From Vicinamibacteria bacterium (GTDB taxonomy: Bacteria; Acidobacteriota; Vicinamibacteria; Marinacidobacterales; Marinacidobacteraceae), in the NCBI GenBank assembly GCA_965199715.1, contig OZ241322.1:1097226-1161225 (forward strand): DNA of 64,000 nucleotides, written 5' to 3'. Position numbers and translations under genes: made by a program. The stretch's first letter is position 1; each line of letters starts with the position of its first letter. Shown one piece after another: positions 35,355-45,362 of the stretch. A model generated the notes under the pieces. That model was given only the letters and a program-made list of their open reading frames with translations. It made no database searches and was not told the DNA's origin.

Positions 35355-36719
35355 ATGATGGGATCGCGAGCGCTGCTTCCCGGGGCGCTGCTGCTCGTCG
35401 CGGCGGCGGGCGCGGCGCAGCAGGAGCCGGCCGGCGAATTCCCGTTCGAGGTCTTCGACGACCTGTATCGGGGCACCGAGCCGCAAAGCGCCGACGTGGA
35501 GGGCCAGCTCGGCGTCGCCGACGAGGACTACGTCCCCGAGGTCTTCCAGTACCGGCGCCGCGACGCGCAGCCGCGCCAGGGGGCGATCAGCGGCGAGCAC
35601 CGGTCGGTCGCGATGACCGAGTTCCAGGTGCTGGACCCCATGGTCGCCCCCGGCGAGGTCGTGCGGGCGATCGTCCGGGTGGAGCCCGCGTTCGAGAAGG
35701 GGCGGCGGTTCGTCGCCGAGTTCTGGAGCCAGGAGTACGGGCGGGCGTCGGTGGTGTACGTCAACTTCAAGCCCCATCCCGAGCATCGGACGCTCTACCT
35801 CGGGCGGGGAAGGGTGGACCGCCATCACCCCGGCGGCCGGTACAACGCCGGCTCCACGATGATCACCGACGAGCGCGGGCGCAAGAAGGCGTACTCCGCC
35901 GAGTTCAACCCGGTCATGCGCGACCCGGACGGCGGCCCGGCGCACTTCGTGGTCGAGGACAACCCGGACATGGACGTCCGGCCGCCGGTCCTCCGCTCGC
36001 TCGAGATCCTCACCCCCCGGGCGCGGACCGGCGAGACGATCCGGATCGCAGCCGAGGTCGAGGACGATCTCGCCGGCCCGTCGCAGGCGCGGGCGGTGCT
36101 CGTCAGCCCGTCGGGGGGCCGGCTGATCCGGGCGGACCTCATCGGAGACGTCCGTTCGCCCGGCCGGTTCGTGGGCGCGTTCCCCTTCCCCGAGTGGTAC
36201 GAGGGCGGGGTCTGGACCGTCCAGAAGGTCGAGCTCTTCGACGCGGCGCGCAACAGCGCGCTGCTGTTCGCCGCCACGGAGCCGATGCTGCGGGCGGCGG
36301 AGGTCGAGGTCGAAGCGGACCCGGAGCGGGTGGACGACGAGCCGCCGACGCTGCTGGCGTTGGAGGTGCCGCTGCGGGAGGCCCCGTTCGGCGAGGACGC
36401 GCCGGTGGCGGCGCTCGTCGAGGACGACTTGAGCGGCGTGGACCGGGTGTTCGTGCTGTTCCAAAGTCCGAGCGGGGCCGATCTCGTGCGCGTCGAGCTC
36501 GAGAGCCGGAATCCGCCGCTGAACCGGCCCTCGCTGCTCCCGCAGCCGAACGTGTTCCGGGGGACGCTGAAGCTGGAGGATTTCCGGGAGGGCGGCGCCT
36601 ACCGGGTCACTCGGGTCCACCTCGCCGACCGGGCGCGCAACTACCGGGAGCTGAGCGTCTGGGACGGCGAGATCCCCGATGTGCAGGTCGAGTTTCTCGA
36701 CGAGGGAGAGAGACCATGA
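35355..36719 (+). CDS. secreted hypothetical protein (Sec signal peptide)
   Basis: MMGSRALLPGALLLVAAAGAAQQ; track ORF 34149..36719 is same frame with antisense N-extension. Confidence 0.6.
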   Translation: MMGSRALLPGALLLVAAAGAAQQEPAGEFPFEVFDDLYRGTEPQSADVEGQLGVADEDYVPEVFQYRRRDAQPRQGAISGEHRSVAMTEFQVLDPMVAPGEVVRAIVRVEPAFEKGRRFVAEFWSQEYGRASVVYVNFKPHPEHRTLYLGRGRVDRHHPGGRYNAGSTMITDERGRKKAYSAEFNPVMRDPDGGPAHFVVEDNPDMDVRPPVLRSLEILTPRARTGETIRIAAEVEDDLAGPSQARAVLVSPSGGRLIRADLIGDVRSPGRFVGAFPFPEWYEGGVWTVQKVELFDAARNSALLFAATEPMLRAAEVEVEADPERVDDEPPTLLALEVPLREAPFGEDAPVAALVEDDLSGVDRVFVLFQSPSGADLVRVELESRNPPLNRPSLLPQPNVFRGTLKLEDFREGGAYRVTRVHLADRARNYRELSVWDGEIPDVQVEFLDEGERP

Positions 36720-37906
36720 TCGGGCGACGCGCGTTTCTGGGAACGGCGGCGATGATGGGGGCGAGCCGGCTGGCCGCCGCGCCCCGGGTCGAGACGGTTC
36801 CCGACCGGAGCCTGAGGACGAAGCATCTCGTCGTGATCCTCTACGGGAACGGCTGCCGGAAGAAGGACGTCGTCGAGGATCCGGCGCACGCCCCGCACAT
36901 GGCCCGCATGGCGCGGGAGGGCGCGGTCTGCACCGAGGACTTCGGCGAGACCGCGAACCTCCACGGCTACATGTACACGGAGATGCTCACCGGGCGGGAG
37001 ACGGTCTCCGAGCATCCGCTCTATCCCACGTGGACCGAGATCGCGCGGAAGGAGCTCGGCGGCTCGCCGAACGACTACTGGATGCTCCAGGGCGTGAGCT
37101 ACTACCGCTCGTGGGTCTGGGACCGGAAGCACTGGAGCGCGCATCCCGAGGGCGGGCTGCGGTTCGGAGCCAACTCGCTCACGATGAACAAGGTGTTCCA
37201 CCCGGACGAGACCCGATCGCCGGCGGAGCTGGTCCGCGCCAGCCTCGAGCCGGGGCTCGGCCACACCCGGCGCAGCCTCGCCGACGCCGAGGAGTGGATC
37301 GGCGACGCGGCGCGACGGCGGATCGCCACCCCGGCGTCCACCCGGACTTCGGTCGTCGAGCGCGAGGTGCCCGTGGGGGACGCCCAGTGCTTCGAGATCG
37401 CGAAGCACCTGCTGCGGGACTTCCGCCCGAAGCTCATCACGATCCAGATGCTGGCGCTCGACGACGCGCACGCCGACGCCGGGTTCTGGGACTACGACAC
37501 GGACTTCGGGCAGTACCGGCGGCACATCGCCTTGACCGACGAGCTGATCGGGAACCTGTGGGACTTCATCCAAGCCGATCCGGCGCTGCGCGACACGACC
37601 TCGATCCTGCTGCGGCCCGAGTGCGGGCGGGACGACGAGGTGAACGCGTACGGCCAGTTGCACCACTCGCAGGGGAACTACTACGCCCACAACGTCTGGA
37701 CGCTCGCGGTCGGCCCCGACTTCCAGCCCGGCGCCGTCTTCCCCGAGAAGGTGATGCGCCGCGACTTCTGCCCGACCGTGGTCTATTCGCTCACCGGGCG
37801 GGATCTCGCTCGGCACGCGACCGGCTCGGTGCGCACCCAACTGTTCCGGGAGGAATACGGCTTGCCGCCGTACGTCCTGCGCGACCGGTTCGGAGAGGCG
37901 GTCTGA
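36716..37906 (+). CDS. hypothetical exported protein with twin-arginine (Tat) signal
   Basis: MIGRRAFLGTAAMMGASRLAAAP; ATGA overlap with upstream gene. Confidence 0.6.
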   Translation: MIGRRAFLGTAAMMGASRLAAAPRVETVPDRSLRTKHLVVILYGNGCRKKDVVEDPAHAPHMARMAREGAVCTEDFGETANLHGYMYTEMLTGRETVSEHPLYPTWTEIARKELGGSPNDYWMLQGVSYYRSWVWDRKHWSAHPEGGLRFGANSLTMNKVFHPDETRSPAELVRASLEPGLGHTRRSLADAEEWIGDAARRRIATPASTRTSVVEREVPVGDAQCFEIAKHLLRDFRPKLITIQMLALDDAHADAGFWDYDTDFGQYRRHIALTDELIGNLWDFIQADPALRDTTSILLRPECGRDDEVNAYGQLHHSQGNYYAHNVWTLAVGPDFQPGAVFPEKVMRRDFCPTVVYSLTGRDLARHATGSVRTQLFREEYGLPPYVLRDRFGEAV

Positions 37907-37907
37907 G

Positions 37908-38291
37908 GTGCTGTTGCTGCTGCTCGCGCTGGCGGCGCCGCAGTCGCCGTTGCTGGAGGCGGCGCTGAAGAAGCGGGCCGAGGTGGAGCGGATCCGGGCC
38001 GCCGAAGGCCCCGCCCCCCGGTTCGCCGGCTACGGGAACGCGAGCGACCCCGCGCCCGTTCCGGAGCCTCCCGAGGTCGAGGAGCCCGAAGCGGCTCCCG
38101 TCAGGGCCTCTCCCGACCGCGAGGAGGAGCTTCGGGAGCGGCTGCTCGACCTGGAGGCGGCGCTCGTCTCGATCGGGGCGAGCGGGCTGCCGCTGCCTCC
38201 CCGGAACCCGAACCGCTTCCACGGCGCGCTGGACGCGGCCCGCATCCGCGCCGAGATCGAGGACGTGCGCGAGGAGTTGCGCCGCTACTGA
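37908..38291 (+). CDS. small hypothetical secreted protein
   Basis: GTG start, MLLLLLALAAPQ hydrophobic N-terminus; weak. Confidence 0.3.
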   Translation: MLLLLLALAAPQSPLLEAALKKRAEVERIRAAEGPAPRFAGYGNASDPAPVPEPPEVEEPEAAPVRASPDREEELRERLLDLEAALVSIGASGLPLPPRNPNRFHGALDAARIRAEIEDVREELRRY

Positions 38292-39115
38292 AGGGTCAGC
38301 CGCAGCGGCGGGCGGCCGGCGCGGACGAGGGTCGCCCCCGCCGGCGGCTCCAGTTCGAGGACGGCGTACTCGCCGACGGGATCGCCGGCGCCGGCCATGA
38401 TCGCCTCGCCCCCGAACGCGAACATCGCCCGCACCGCCCCGTCGGTTTCGACGAAGCCCCGCAGCACCGGGGCGACGTCCGTACGCCGAATCTCGGGCGG
38501 ATGGGCCGCGACGGCGACGGGCTGGACCCGCGGGGCGGGCGCAACCGGGGCCGGCGGCGGTTCGTCGAGCCAGGCCAGCAGCGCGTCCAGCCGCGGGTCG
38601 GCGGCGAGCCCGTCGGGATCGGGAGGAGTCCCGGGGTCCGGCCAGAGCACCGAGGCGAAAGCGGTGAGGGTCGCGGGTCCGACGGCGCGCATGGAGAGGT
38701 CGGCGCGGTCGAGGCGGACCGGAAGCCGGCTCGATTCGAGCCGCTCGAGGAACCGGACCAGACTCGCGGCCGGCCCGGCGGCGGTCAGCCGGACGTCCGA
38801 GCCGAGGGCGCCGGTCGGCGGCCGCTGGAGCGGCTCGAAGCGCGTCTCCGGGACCTCCACTCCGGCGGAGCGGGCGAGCGCCAGCAGCGTCTCGCGGGCG
38901 CCCGCGGCGTCCCCGGGGGCCGGAGAGAGCCGGTCCAGCACCTCGGCGAGGCGCTCGCGGCGCGCCTCGGTCTCGCGACTCTCGGCCGCGCCGCGCGCTT
39001 GGGCGGCGGCCCGCTGGCCGATCTCGGCGAGCTCGGCGCGAACGTCCCGCTCGCGGGTTCCGAGCAGCGCGGCGGCCGCCGCGACCAGCGCCAGCAGCAG
39101 GAACCGGAGGCTCAC
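38285..39115 (-). CDS. PilO-like protein with PilP-like C-terminal domain (type IV pilus / T2SS inner-membrane assembly)
   Basis: GTG start VSLRFLLLALVAAAAALLG (TM), coiled coil, C-terminal beta-domain; 4-nt overlap with upstream gene. Confidence 0.4.
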   Translation of the reverse strand: MSLRFLLLALVAAAAALLGTRERDVRAELAEIGQRAAAQARGAAESRETEARRERLAEVLDRLSPAPGDAAGARETLLALARSAGVEVPETRFEPLQRPPTGALGSDVRLTAAGPAASLVRFLERLESSRLPVRLDRADLSMRAVGPATLTAFASVLWPDPGTPPDPDGLAADPRLDALLAWLDEPPPAPVAPAPRVQPVAVAAHPPEIRRTDVAPVLRGFVETDGAVRAMFAFGGEAIMAGAGDPVGEYAVLELEPPAGATLVRAGRPPLRLTLQ

Positions 39116-39609
39116 GGCGCGAGGCGGAAGTCGATGCGGGCCCTGACGCCGCCGTCGGGACGCAGCGTTTCGCTGATGACCGAGGTCTCGCCGCTCTCGC
39201 CGAGGCGGGCGAGGAGTTCGGCCACCGCGCCCGGCCCGTCCGCATCGGCCGCGATCGCGACGCCCATTCCCCGGACCGGGTCGGGGGCCAGCTCGATCTC
39301 GGTGACCCGCGCGCCGGCGGCGGAGGCGTCGAGCACGAGGCGGACCGCGCCGGAGAGCGAGGGCGCGTCGAGCGCGCCGGCGGCGAGCAGCGCGGCGGCG
39401 GCGCCCATGCGCTCGTCGGGTTCGGCCGGCGCCGGCGCCGCCGGAGCCGGAACCGCGCCGGCGGCTTCGAGTTCGCGCGTCGCTTCCCGCAGCCCCCATC
39501 CGAAGAACGCCGCCGCGAGGACGCCGGCGACGATCAGGAGGTCCAGCGCCCGGGCCGTCCCGCGGCGAGGCCGGCGGCCGAGCTGGACGCCCTTCGGGAC
39601 GCGGGGCAC
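39112..39609 (-). CDS. PilN-like protein (single N-terminal TM + periplasmic domain)
   Basis: ALDLLIVAGVLAAAFFGWGL TM then periplasmic region; gene order M-N-O. Confidence 0.4.
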   Translation of the reverse strand: MPRVPKGVQLGRRPRRGTARALDLLIVAGVLAAAFFGWGLREATRELEAAGAVPAPAAPAPAEPDERMGAAAALLAAGALDAPSLSGAVRLVLDASAAGARVTEIELAPDPVRGMGVAIAADADGPGAVAELLARLGESGETSVISETLRPDGGVRARIDFRLAP

Positions 39610-40407
39610 TCAGGTGGCCTTCCGGCGGAGTAGGGCCGAGAGCGCCAGCTCGGGGATCGGGTCGGCGGAGGCCGTGGCGTCGAGCGCCGCGGCGACGGAC
39701 TCGGCCCCCTCCCCTCTCACGAGGATCGAGGCGTCAGGCGGGATCGACTGGCGGACCGCGGTCGCCGCCGGGGCCGGGTCGCCGGCGGACCGCAGCTTGA
39801 AGCGGAACGACTCGACGCAGGCGTCGCGGGCGCCCACGAGGACGAAGTGGCGCCGGTCGAGGAGGACCAGGGCGCGGACGCCGGAACCGGCGGCGAGCCA
39901 CTCGGGCACGAGCGCGAGGCTGCATGCGTCCACCCAGCGCACCGCGACTCCGCACGCCTCGACCGCCCCCTCGTACTGACGGGCGACCGAGGACCGGATC
40001 GCGGCGCCGAGGAGCGCGCGGCGGCCGGGGCCGCGGGTCGCGATCCAGTCGCAGCGGTAGCGCCCGTCGGCGCCCGGGGCCAGATCGTCGAGCAGCCGGG
40101 CGCGCAGCCGGGCCTGGCGAAGCGACCGGGGCCCCTCGACGAGGCGCATGTGCGTCGAGCGGTCCGGGAGCGCGAGCACCGCGCGCTTGAACGACCGGGG
40201 CGCGAGCGCGTGGAGCGCCGACTGGACGAAATGGGCGGCGTCGGCGGTGGAGGCGAGATTCGGGGACTCGGGCGAGGGAGTCAGGAATTTCTCCGGCAGC
40301 GGAACCCGCGCCGAGGCCCCGTCACCGGACAGCGCGACCAGTTCGTCGGGCGCGAAGGCGAGGCCGACGACGCGTTCCGCCGCTCGCTCGCTCAGGGGAA
40401 ACCGCAC
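39610..40407 (-). CDS. PilM/GspL-like cytoplasmic assembly protein (short)
   Basis: position upstream of PilN/O-like genes; no ATP-binding motifs recognised. Confidence 0.35.
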   Translation of the reverse strand: MRFPLSERAAERVVGLAFAPDELVALSGDGASARVPLPEKFLTPSPESPNLASTADAAHFVQSALHALAPRSFKRAVLALPDRSTHMRLVEGPRSLRQARLRARLLDDLAPGADGRYRCDWIATRGPGRRALLGAAIRSSVARQYEGAVEACGVAVRWVDACSLALVPEWLAAGSGVRALVLLDRRHFVLVGARDACVESFRFKLRSAGDPAPAATAVRQSIPPDASILVRGEGAESVAAALDATASADPIPELALSALLRRKAT

Positions 40408-40529
40408 CGGGACACTCGTCGGGGACGCCGCAAGGGTAACCGCCGGCGCGGTGGTAGCATGGCGCGTTTTCCGATCGGGGCCATGGCGGAATCCGCCGCC
40501 CCGCCTTCGTGTCCGCGGACGGGAGAAGC

Positions 40530-42596
40530 ATGGGCGCCTACGAGACGAATGACATCCGCAACGTGATCGTCGCCGGCCACGGGACGGCCGGGAAGACCAC
40601 GCTGGTTTCCGCGCTGCTCCATGCCGCGGGCGCGGCGAACCGCCTCGCCCGGGTCGAGGACGGGAACACGACGACGGACTACGACGAGGAGGAGATCGAG
40701 CGCGGAATCAGTCTCAGCGCCGCCCTCGCCCACTGCGAGTGGAGCGGCGCCAAGCTGAACCTGATCGACACGCCGGGCTACAGCAACTTCATCACCGAGG
40801 CGCGGCTCGCGGCCCCGGTGGCCGACGCGATGCTGATCGCGGTCTGCGCGAGCGACGGGGTCTCGGTGAACACGGAGCGCGTGTGGCGGTTCGCCGAGGA
40901 GGGTCGGCTCGGGGCCGTGCTCGCAGTGACCCGCATGGACCGGGAGCGGGCGTCGTTCTCCGGCGCCGTGGCGCAGATCCAGAACGCGTTCGGGCGCTCC
41001 GCCGTGCCCATCCAGATCCCGATCGGCGAGGGCGAGGACTTCCGCGGCGTCGTGGACCTGATCCGCGGCCGGGCGATTCTCGGGCCGGGACCGGACGGCG
41101 GCGCGCCCGAGGTCGTGGAGATTCCCGCGGATCTGGCGGACGCCGCCGAGGAGGCGCGCGCCGAGCTCATGGAGCTGATCGCCGAGTCCGACGAGACGCT
41201 GCTGGACCTGTTCTTCGACGAGGGAGAGCTGAGCGAGGAGCAGATGGTCGGGGGGCTGAGGACCGCGGTCGCCGCCCGGCAGGTCTTTCCGATCGCGGCC
41301 GCCTGCGGCGGGCGCAACCTCGGAACCACCGCGCTGCTGGACCTGCTCGTCCATTCGTGTCCGGATCCGACCGGACGGGGAGCCCTTCCCGGCGTGGACG
41401 AGAACGGCGAGCCGGCGGAGCGGGCCGTCGATGGCGACGCGCCGACCAGCATCTACGTGTTCAAGACGATCGCCGATCCGTTCGCGGGCCGGTTGAACCT
41501 GTTCCGGGTGATGAGCGGGCGGCTCAGGGCGGACGCGACGCTCGCGAACCTCGCGAGCGGCGAATCGGAGCGGCTCGGCGGCCTGAACACGATGAACGGG
41601 AAGACGATGGAGCCCGTGACGGAGCTCGCCGCCGGCGATCTCGGCTGCGTCGCCAAGCTGAAGGGCACCGGCACTGGCGACACGCTCGCCGACGGCGGCG
41701 GAACCCGCTTCGTGCGTCCCGAGATCCCGCGTCCGGTCATCAGCTTCGCGGTGATTCCGAAGTCGCGCGGCGACGAGGACCGGATCTCGGGGGCGCTCCA
41801 GCGCCTCGCCGAGGAGGATCTGACGCTCAAGTACGCCCGCGACATGGAGCTTCTCCTGTCGGGATCGGGACAGCTTCACATCGAGGTCATCGTCTCCCGG
41901 ATGAAGCGCCGGTTCGGCGTGGAGGTGGAGCTTCGCCGGCCCCGGGTGCCGTACCGGGAGACGATCACGAGGACCGCGGACGCGCACGGACGCCACAAGA
42001 AACAGAGCGGCGGCCACGGCCAGTTCGCCGATTGCCACGTCCGGGTGGAGCCGCTCGAGCGCGGCGGCGACTTCGAGTTCGCGAGCGAGATCGTCGGCGG
42101 ATCGATTCCGCGCCAGTACATCCCGGCGATCGAGAAGGGGTTTCAGGAGGCCCGGCGGAAGGGCGTCCTCGCCGGGCACCCGGTGGTGGACTTCAAGGCG
42201 ACCGTGTTCGACGGCAAGTTCCACGCGGTGGACTCCTCGGAGATCGCGTTCAAGATCGCGGCCTCGCTCGCCTTCAAGGACGCCATGACCAAATGCGGCC
42301 CGGTGCTTCTGGAGCCGATCATGTCGGTCGAGATCCAGATTCCCGAGGACTCCACCGGCGACGTGCTGGGCGACCTGAACTCGAGGCGCGGGCGGACGCA
42401 GGGGATGGAACAGAAGAACGGCCAGACCCACATCACCGCGCAGGCCCCGATGGCGGAGATGCTGACCTACGAGCCGACGCTGACCTCGCTCACCGGCGGA
42501 CGCGGCGGGTTCCACATGGATTTCTCGCACTACGACCCGGTTCCGGGGAACCTGAGCAAGGCCATCATCGAGGCGGCGCAGGCGAAGGACCGATGA
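40530..42596 (+). CDS. elongation factor G family protein (EF-G paralog)
   Basis: G1 AGHGTAGKTT, G3 DTPG, G4 TRMD; full five-domain length 689 aa; distinct from fusA at 58359..60428. Confidence 0.85.
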   Translation: MGAYETNDIRNVIVAGHGTAGKTTLVSALLHAAGAANRLARVEDGNTTTDYDEEEIERGISLSAALAHCEWSGAKLNLIDTPGYSNFITEARLAAPVADAMLIAVCASDGVSVNTERVWRFAEEGRLGAVLAVTRMDRERASFSGAVAQIQNAFGRSAVPIQIPIGEGEDFRGVVDLIRGRAILGPGPDGGAPEVVEIPADLADAAEEARAELMELIAESDETLLDLFFDEGELSEEQMVGGLRTAVAARQVFPIAAACGGRNLGTTALLDLLVHSCPDPTGRGALPGVDENGEPAERAVDGDAPTSIYVFKTIADPFAGRLNLFRVMSGRLRADATLANLASGESERLGGLNTMNGKTMEPVTELAAGDLGCVAKLKGTGTGDTLADGGGTRFVRPEIPRPVISFAVIPKSRGDEDRISGALQRLAEEDLTLKYARDMELLLSGSGQLHIEVIVSRMKRRFGVEVELRRPRVPYRETITRTADAHGRHKKQSGGHGQFADCHVRVEPLERGGDFEFASEIVGGSIPRQYIPAIEKGFQEARRKGVLAGHPVVDFKATVFDGKFHAVDSSEIAFKIAASLAFKDAMTKCGPVLLEPIMSVEIQIPEDSTGDVLGDLNSRRGRTQGMEQKNGQTHITAQAPMAEMLTYEPTLTSLTGGRGGFHMDFSHYDPVPGNLSKAIIEAAQAKDR

Positions 42597-43366
42597 CCGG
42601 ACGCCTCGCGCTGACGCTCGGCCTCGCGCTCGCCGCCGCCGCGTGCGGCTCCGACCCGACCGCTCCGGCCCCGCCGCTCCTGGTGGTCCCGGCGCCGCTG
42701 CCGGAACCGGCGCCCGCTCCCGAGCCCGGCCCCGAGCCGGAACCGGAGCCCGATCCGTCGTGCGCGGCGCCGGCCCGCTACGAAGCCGTGCTCGAGGCGA
42801 TATGGGATGCGACCACGCACGGGAACGAGCCGCCCTTCCCGCTGAGCGCGCACTTCTCGCGAGTGGTCGGGGCGACCCATCTCGAGGACGTCTCGTTCTG
42901 GGCCCGGGGCGACGTCGCCTCGCCGGGCGTCGAGGTCATGGCCGAGACCGGGGGCGTCGGAACGCTCTGCCAGGAGATCCGCGGCGTGTCCGACCAGGGC
43001 CGGAGCAGCACGTGCATCAGCGGCGGCGAGGCCTCGTTCCCGTCGCCCGGCCGGCAGCGGTTCGACTTCAACGTGGATCCGGCGCAGCCGTTCGTGACGT
43101 TCGTCTCGATGATCGCTCCCAGCCCCGACTGGTTCGTGGGGGTGAGCGGATACGACCTGATGGACGAGGACGGCTGCTGGAGGGACCGGGTCCGCATCAA
43201 CCTGATCGGCTACGACGCCGGGACCGACCGCGGCTCGAGCTTCCTCGCCCGCAACGCCGACGCGACGCCGCACGAGCCCATCGGGCTGATCGAGGAACTG
43301 CCGTCCGACGTGCGGACGGAGCCGTTCGCGCGGCTGATCCTGACTCCGCTGGATCCGCCGCAGTAG
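42593..43366 (+). CDS. spondin_N-domain lipoprotein
   Basis: MTGRLALTLGLALAAAACG lipobox; Pro/Glu-rich linker; ATGA overlap with EF-G paralog. Confidence 0.55.
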   Translation: MTGRLALTLGLALAAAACGSDPTAPAPPLLVVPAPLPEPAPAPEPGPEPEPEPDPSCAAPARYEAVLEAIWDATTHGNEPPFPLSAHFSRVVGATHLEDVSFWARGDVASPGVEVMAETGGVGTLCQEIRGVSDQGRSSTCISGGEASFPSPGRQRFDFNVDPAQPFVTFVSMIAPSPDWFVGVSGYDLMDEDGCWRDRVRINLIGYDAGTDRGSSFLARNADATPHEPIGLIEELPSDVRTEPFARLILTPLDPPQ

Positions 43367-43373
43367 TCCCGCG

Positions 43374-43745
43374 CTACTCGGCCCCCGTCTCTCCCTCGAC
43401 CCACTCGATCCGGGCCATCGGCGCTCCGTCGCCCTTGCGCGGGCCGAGCTTCAGGATGCGGGTGTAGCCGCCGGGGCGGGACTCGAAGCGCGGGGCGACC
43501 TCGCTGAAGAGGCGCGCGACCACGTGCCGGTGAGGAAGGATCTGGAGCGCCCGCCGGCGCGCCGCGAGATGGCCGCGGCGGCCCAGCGTGACCAGCTTCT
43601 CGACGAAGGGGCGCAGTTCCTTGGCCTTCGCCAGCGTGGTGGAGAGGTGGCCGTGGGTGATGAGGCTGATCGACAGGTTCCGCAGCAGCGCGATCCGGTG
43701 GGCGGCGTCGCGGCCGAGTTTCCGGTGGCCCATGCGGTGCCGCAT
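43374..43745 (-). CDS. rplQ: 50S ribosomal protein L17
   Basis: MRHRMGHRKLGRDAAHR... conserved; follows rpoA. Confidence 0.85.
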   Translation of the reverse strand: MRHRMGHRKLGRDAAHRIALLRNLSISLITHGHLSTTLAKAKELRPFVEKLVTLGRRGHLAARRRALQILPHRHVVARLFSEVAPRFESRPGGYTRILKLGPRKGDGAPMARIEWVEGETGAE

Positions 43746-44698
43746 CAGTGGTTCACTCCCATGCCGAGGCGCAGGTCCATGTTCGCGAGAACCCGCGAGA
43801 TCTCGTCGATGCTCTTCCGGCCGATGTTCCGCTCCTTGAGGAGGTCCTTGTCGGACTTCAGGACCAGCTCGCCGACCGTGGCGATGTGGGCGTTCTTGAG
43901 GCCGTTGAAGGCCCGGATCGAGAGCTGCTCGGAGAGATCCTCGATGCTCGTGTAGCGGTGCCGCTCGAAGGCGACCTGATCCGGGTTCACCGGCGCGACG
44001 AGCTCGTCGGCGCCGACGTCCTCGCCGACGAAGATGCCGAGCATCTCCCGCAGCAGCCGGGACGCGACGCCGAGCGCGTCGAGCGGGGTCACCGAGCCGT
44101 CGGTGTGGAGCTCGAGCAGCAGCTTGTCGAAGTCGGTGTTCTGGCCGATCCGGGCCGGCTCGACCTTGTAGTTCACCTTGCACACGGGCGAATGGGTCGA
44201 GTCCACCGGGATGAACCCGACCTCGGCGACGTCCTGGCGGTTCTGCTCGGCGGGGACGTGCCCGCGGGCGTTGCGGACGAGCATCTCCACGTTCAGCTCG
44301 CCCTCGTCGGTGAGCGTCGCGATGGGAACGTCGGGGTCGAGCACTTCCACGTTGTGGTCGGTCTGGATGTCCCCGGACGTGACCGGTCCCGGTTTCCTGG
44401 TCTTGATTCGCACGGTGCGGACCTGCGGCCCGTGCACGCGCAGCGGAACCCGCTTCAGGTTCAGGATGATGTCGAGCGTGTCTTCCTTGACGCCCTGGAT
44501 GGTCGAGAGCTCGTGGGGCACGCCCTCGAACTTGACCGCGGTCACCGCGGCGCCCTCGATGGACGAGATCAGGACCCGACGGAGGGCGTTGCCGACGGTG
44601 ACGCCGTAGCCCCGCTCGAACGGGTGGGCCGAGAAGCGGCCGAAACTGGCGTTGCTCTCCTCGACGGTGAGGCCTCGCGGCCGCTGCAATTCGGGCAT
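43745..44698 (-). CDS. rpoA: DNA-directed RNA polymerase alpha subunit
   Basis: conserved N- and C-terminal domains, 317 aa. Confidence 0.9.
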   Translation of the reverse strand: MPELQRPRGLTVEESNASFGRFSAHPFERGYGVTVGNALRRVLISSIEGAAVTAVKFEGVPHELSTIQGVKEDTLDIILNLKRVPLRVHGPQVRTVRIKTRKPGPVTSGDIQTDHNVEVLDPDVPIATLTDEGELNVEMLVRNARGHVPAEQNRQDVAEVGFIPVDSTHSPVCKVNYKVEPARIGQNTDFDKLLLELHTDGSVTPLDALGVASRLLREMLGIFVGEDVGADELVAPVNPDQVAFERHRYTSIEDLSEQLSIRAFNGLKNAHIATVGELVLKSDKDLLKERNIGRKSIDEISRVLANMDLRLGMGVNH

Positions 44699-44719
44699 GG
44701 TGCCGTTCCTCGCTGTTCC

Positions 44720-45352
44720 CTAGCGCGAGTACAGCTCGACGATGAGCTGCTCGCGGATCTTGAGCTGGGGGTCCTCGCCGGTGGGCAAGGCGGTCACGAC
44801 GCCGGTCGCGGCGTCCTCGACGTTGCGCTGAAGCCAGTCGGGCGCCGGACGGGACTCGAGGGCCTCCATGATCGCCTTGAAGAAGTCCTTCTTCCGCGTT
44901 CGTTCGCGGATGCCGACCACGTCGCCCCGGTCCACGACGTAGGACGGGACGTCCACCCGCTTCCCGTTGACCTGGACGTGTCCGTGGCGGACGAAGAGCC
45001 GCGCCGCCGGACGCGAGGAAGCGTAGCCCAACCGGTACACGACGTTGTCGAGCCGCCGCTCCAGCAACTGGAGCAGCGCGGCGCCGGTGACGGCGCGTTC
45101 GCGCTCCGCCCGCTCGAAGCAGAGGCGGAACTGGCTCTCGAGAAGCCCGTAGGCGCGCTTGGCCTTCTGCTTCTCGCGCAACTGCAGGCCGTACCCCTGC
45201 ACCCGCCCGCGCCGCGACTTGCCGTGCTGGCCGGGGGCGAAGTTGCGCTTCTCGATGGCGCACTTCGGGCTCTGGCAGCGATCGCCCTTCAGAAAAAGCT
45301 TGGCGCCCTCCCGCCGGCAAAGCCGGCAGACGGGACCTCGATATCTGGCCAA
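44720..45352 (-). CDS. rpsD: 30S ribosomal protein S4
   Basis: MARYRGPVCRLCRREG zinc-ribbon N-terminus. Confidence 0.9.
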   Translation of the reverse strand: MARYRGPVCRLCRREGAKLFLKGDRCQSPKCAIEKRNFAPGQHGKSRRGRVQGYGLQLREKQKAKRAYGLLESQFRLCFERAERERAVTGAALLQLLERRLDNVVYRLGYASSRPAARLFVRHGHVQVNGKRVDVPSYVVDRGDVVGIRERTRKKDFFKAIMEALESRPAPDWLQRNVEDAATGVVTALPTGEDPQLKIREQLIVELYSR

Positions 45353-45362
45353 ACTCGACCTC

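Noticed and set aside
43362-43378. Hairpin AGTAG-tcccgcg-CTACT between convergent spondin gene and rplQ as bidirectional terminator
   Set aside because: Only 5-bp stem with 2 GC pairs and no U-tract; too weak to call
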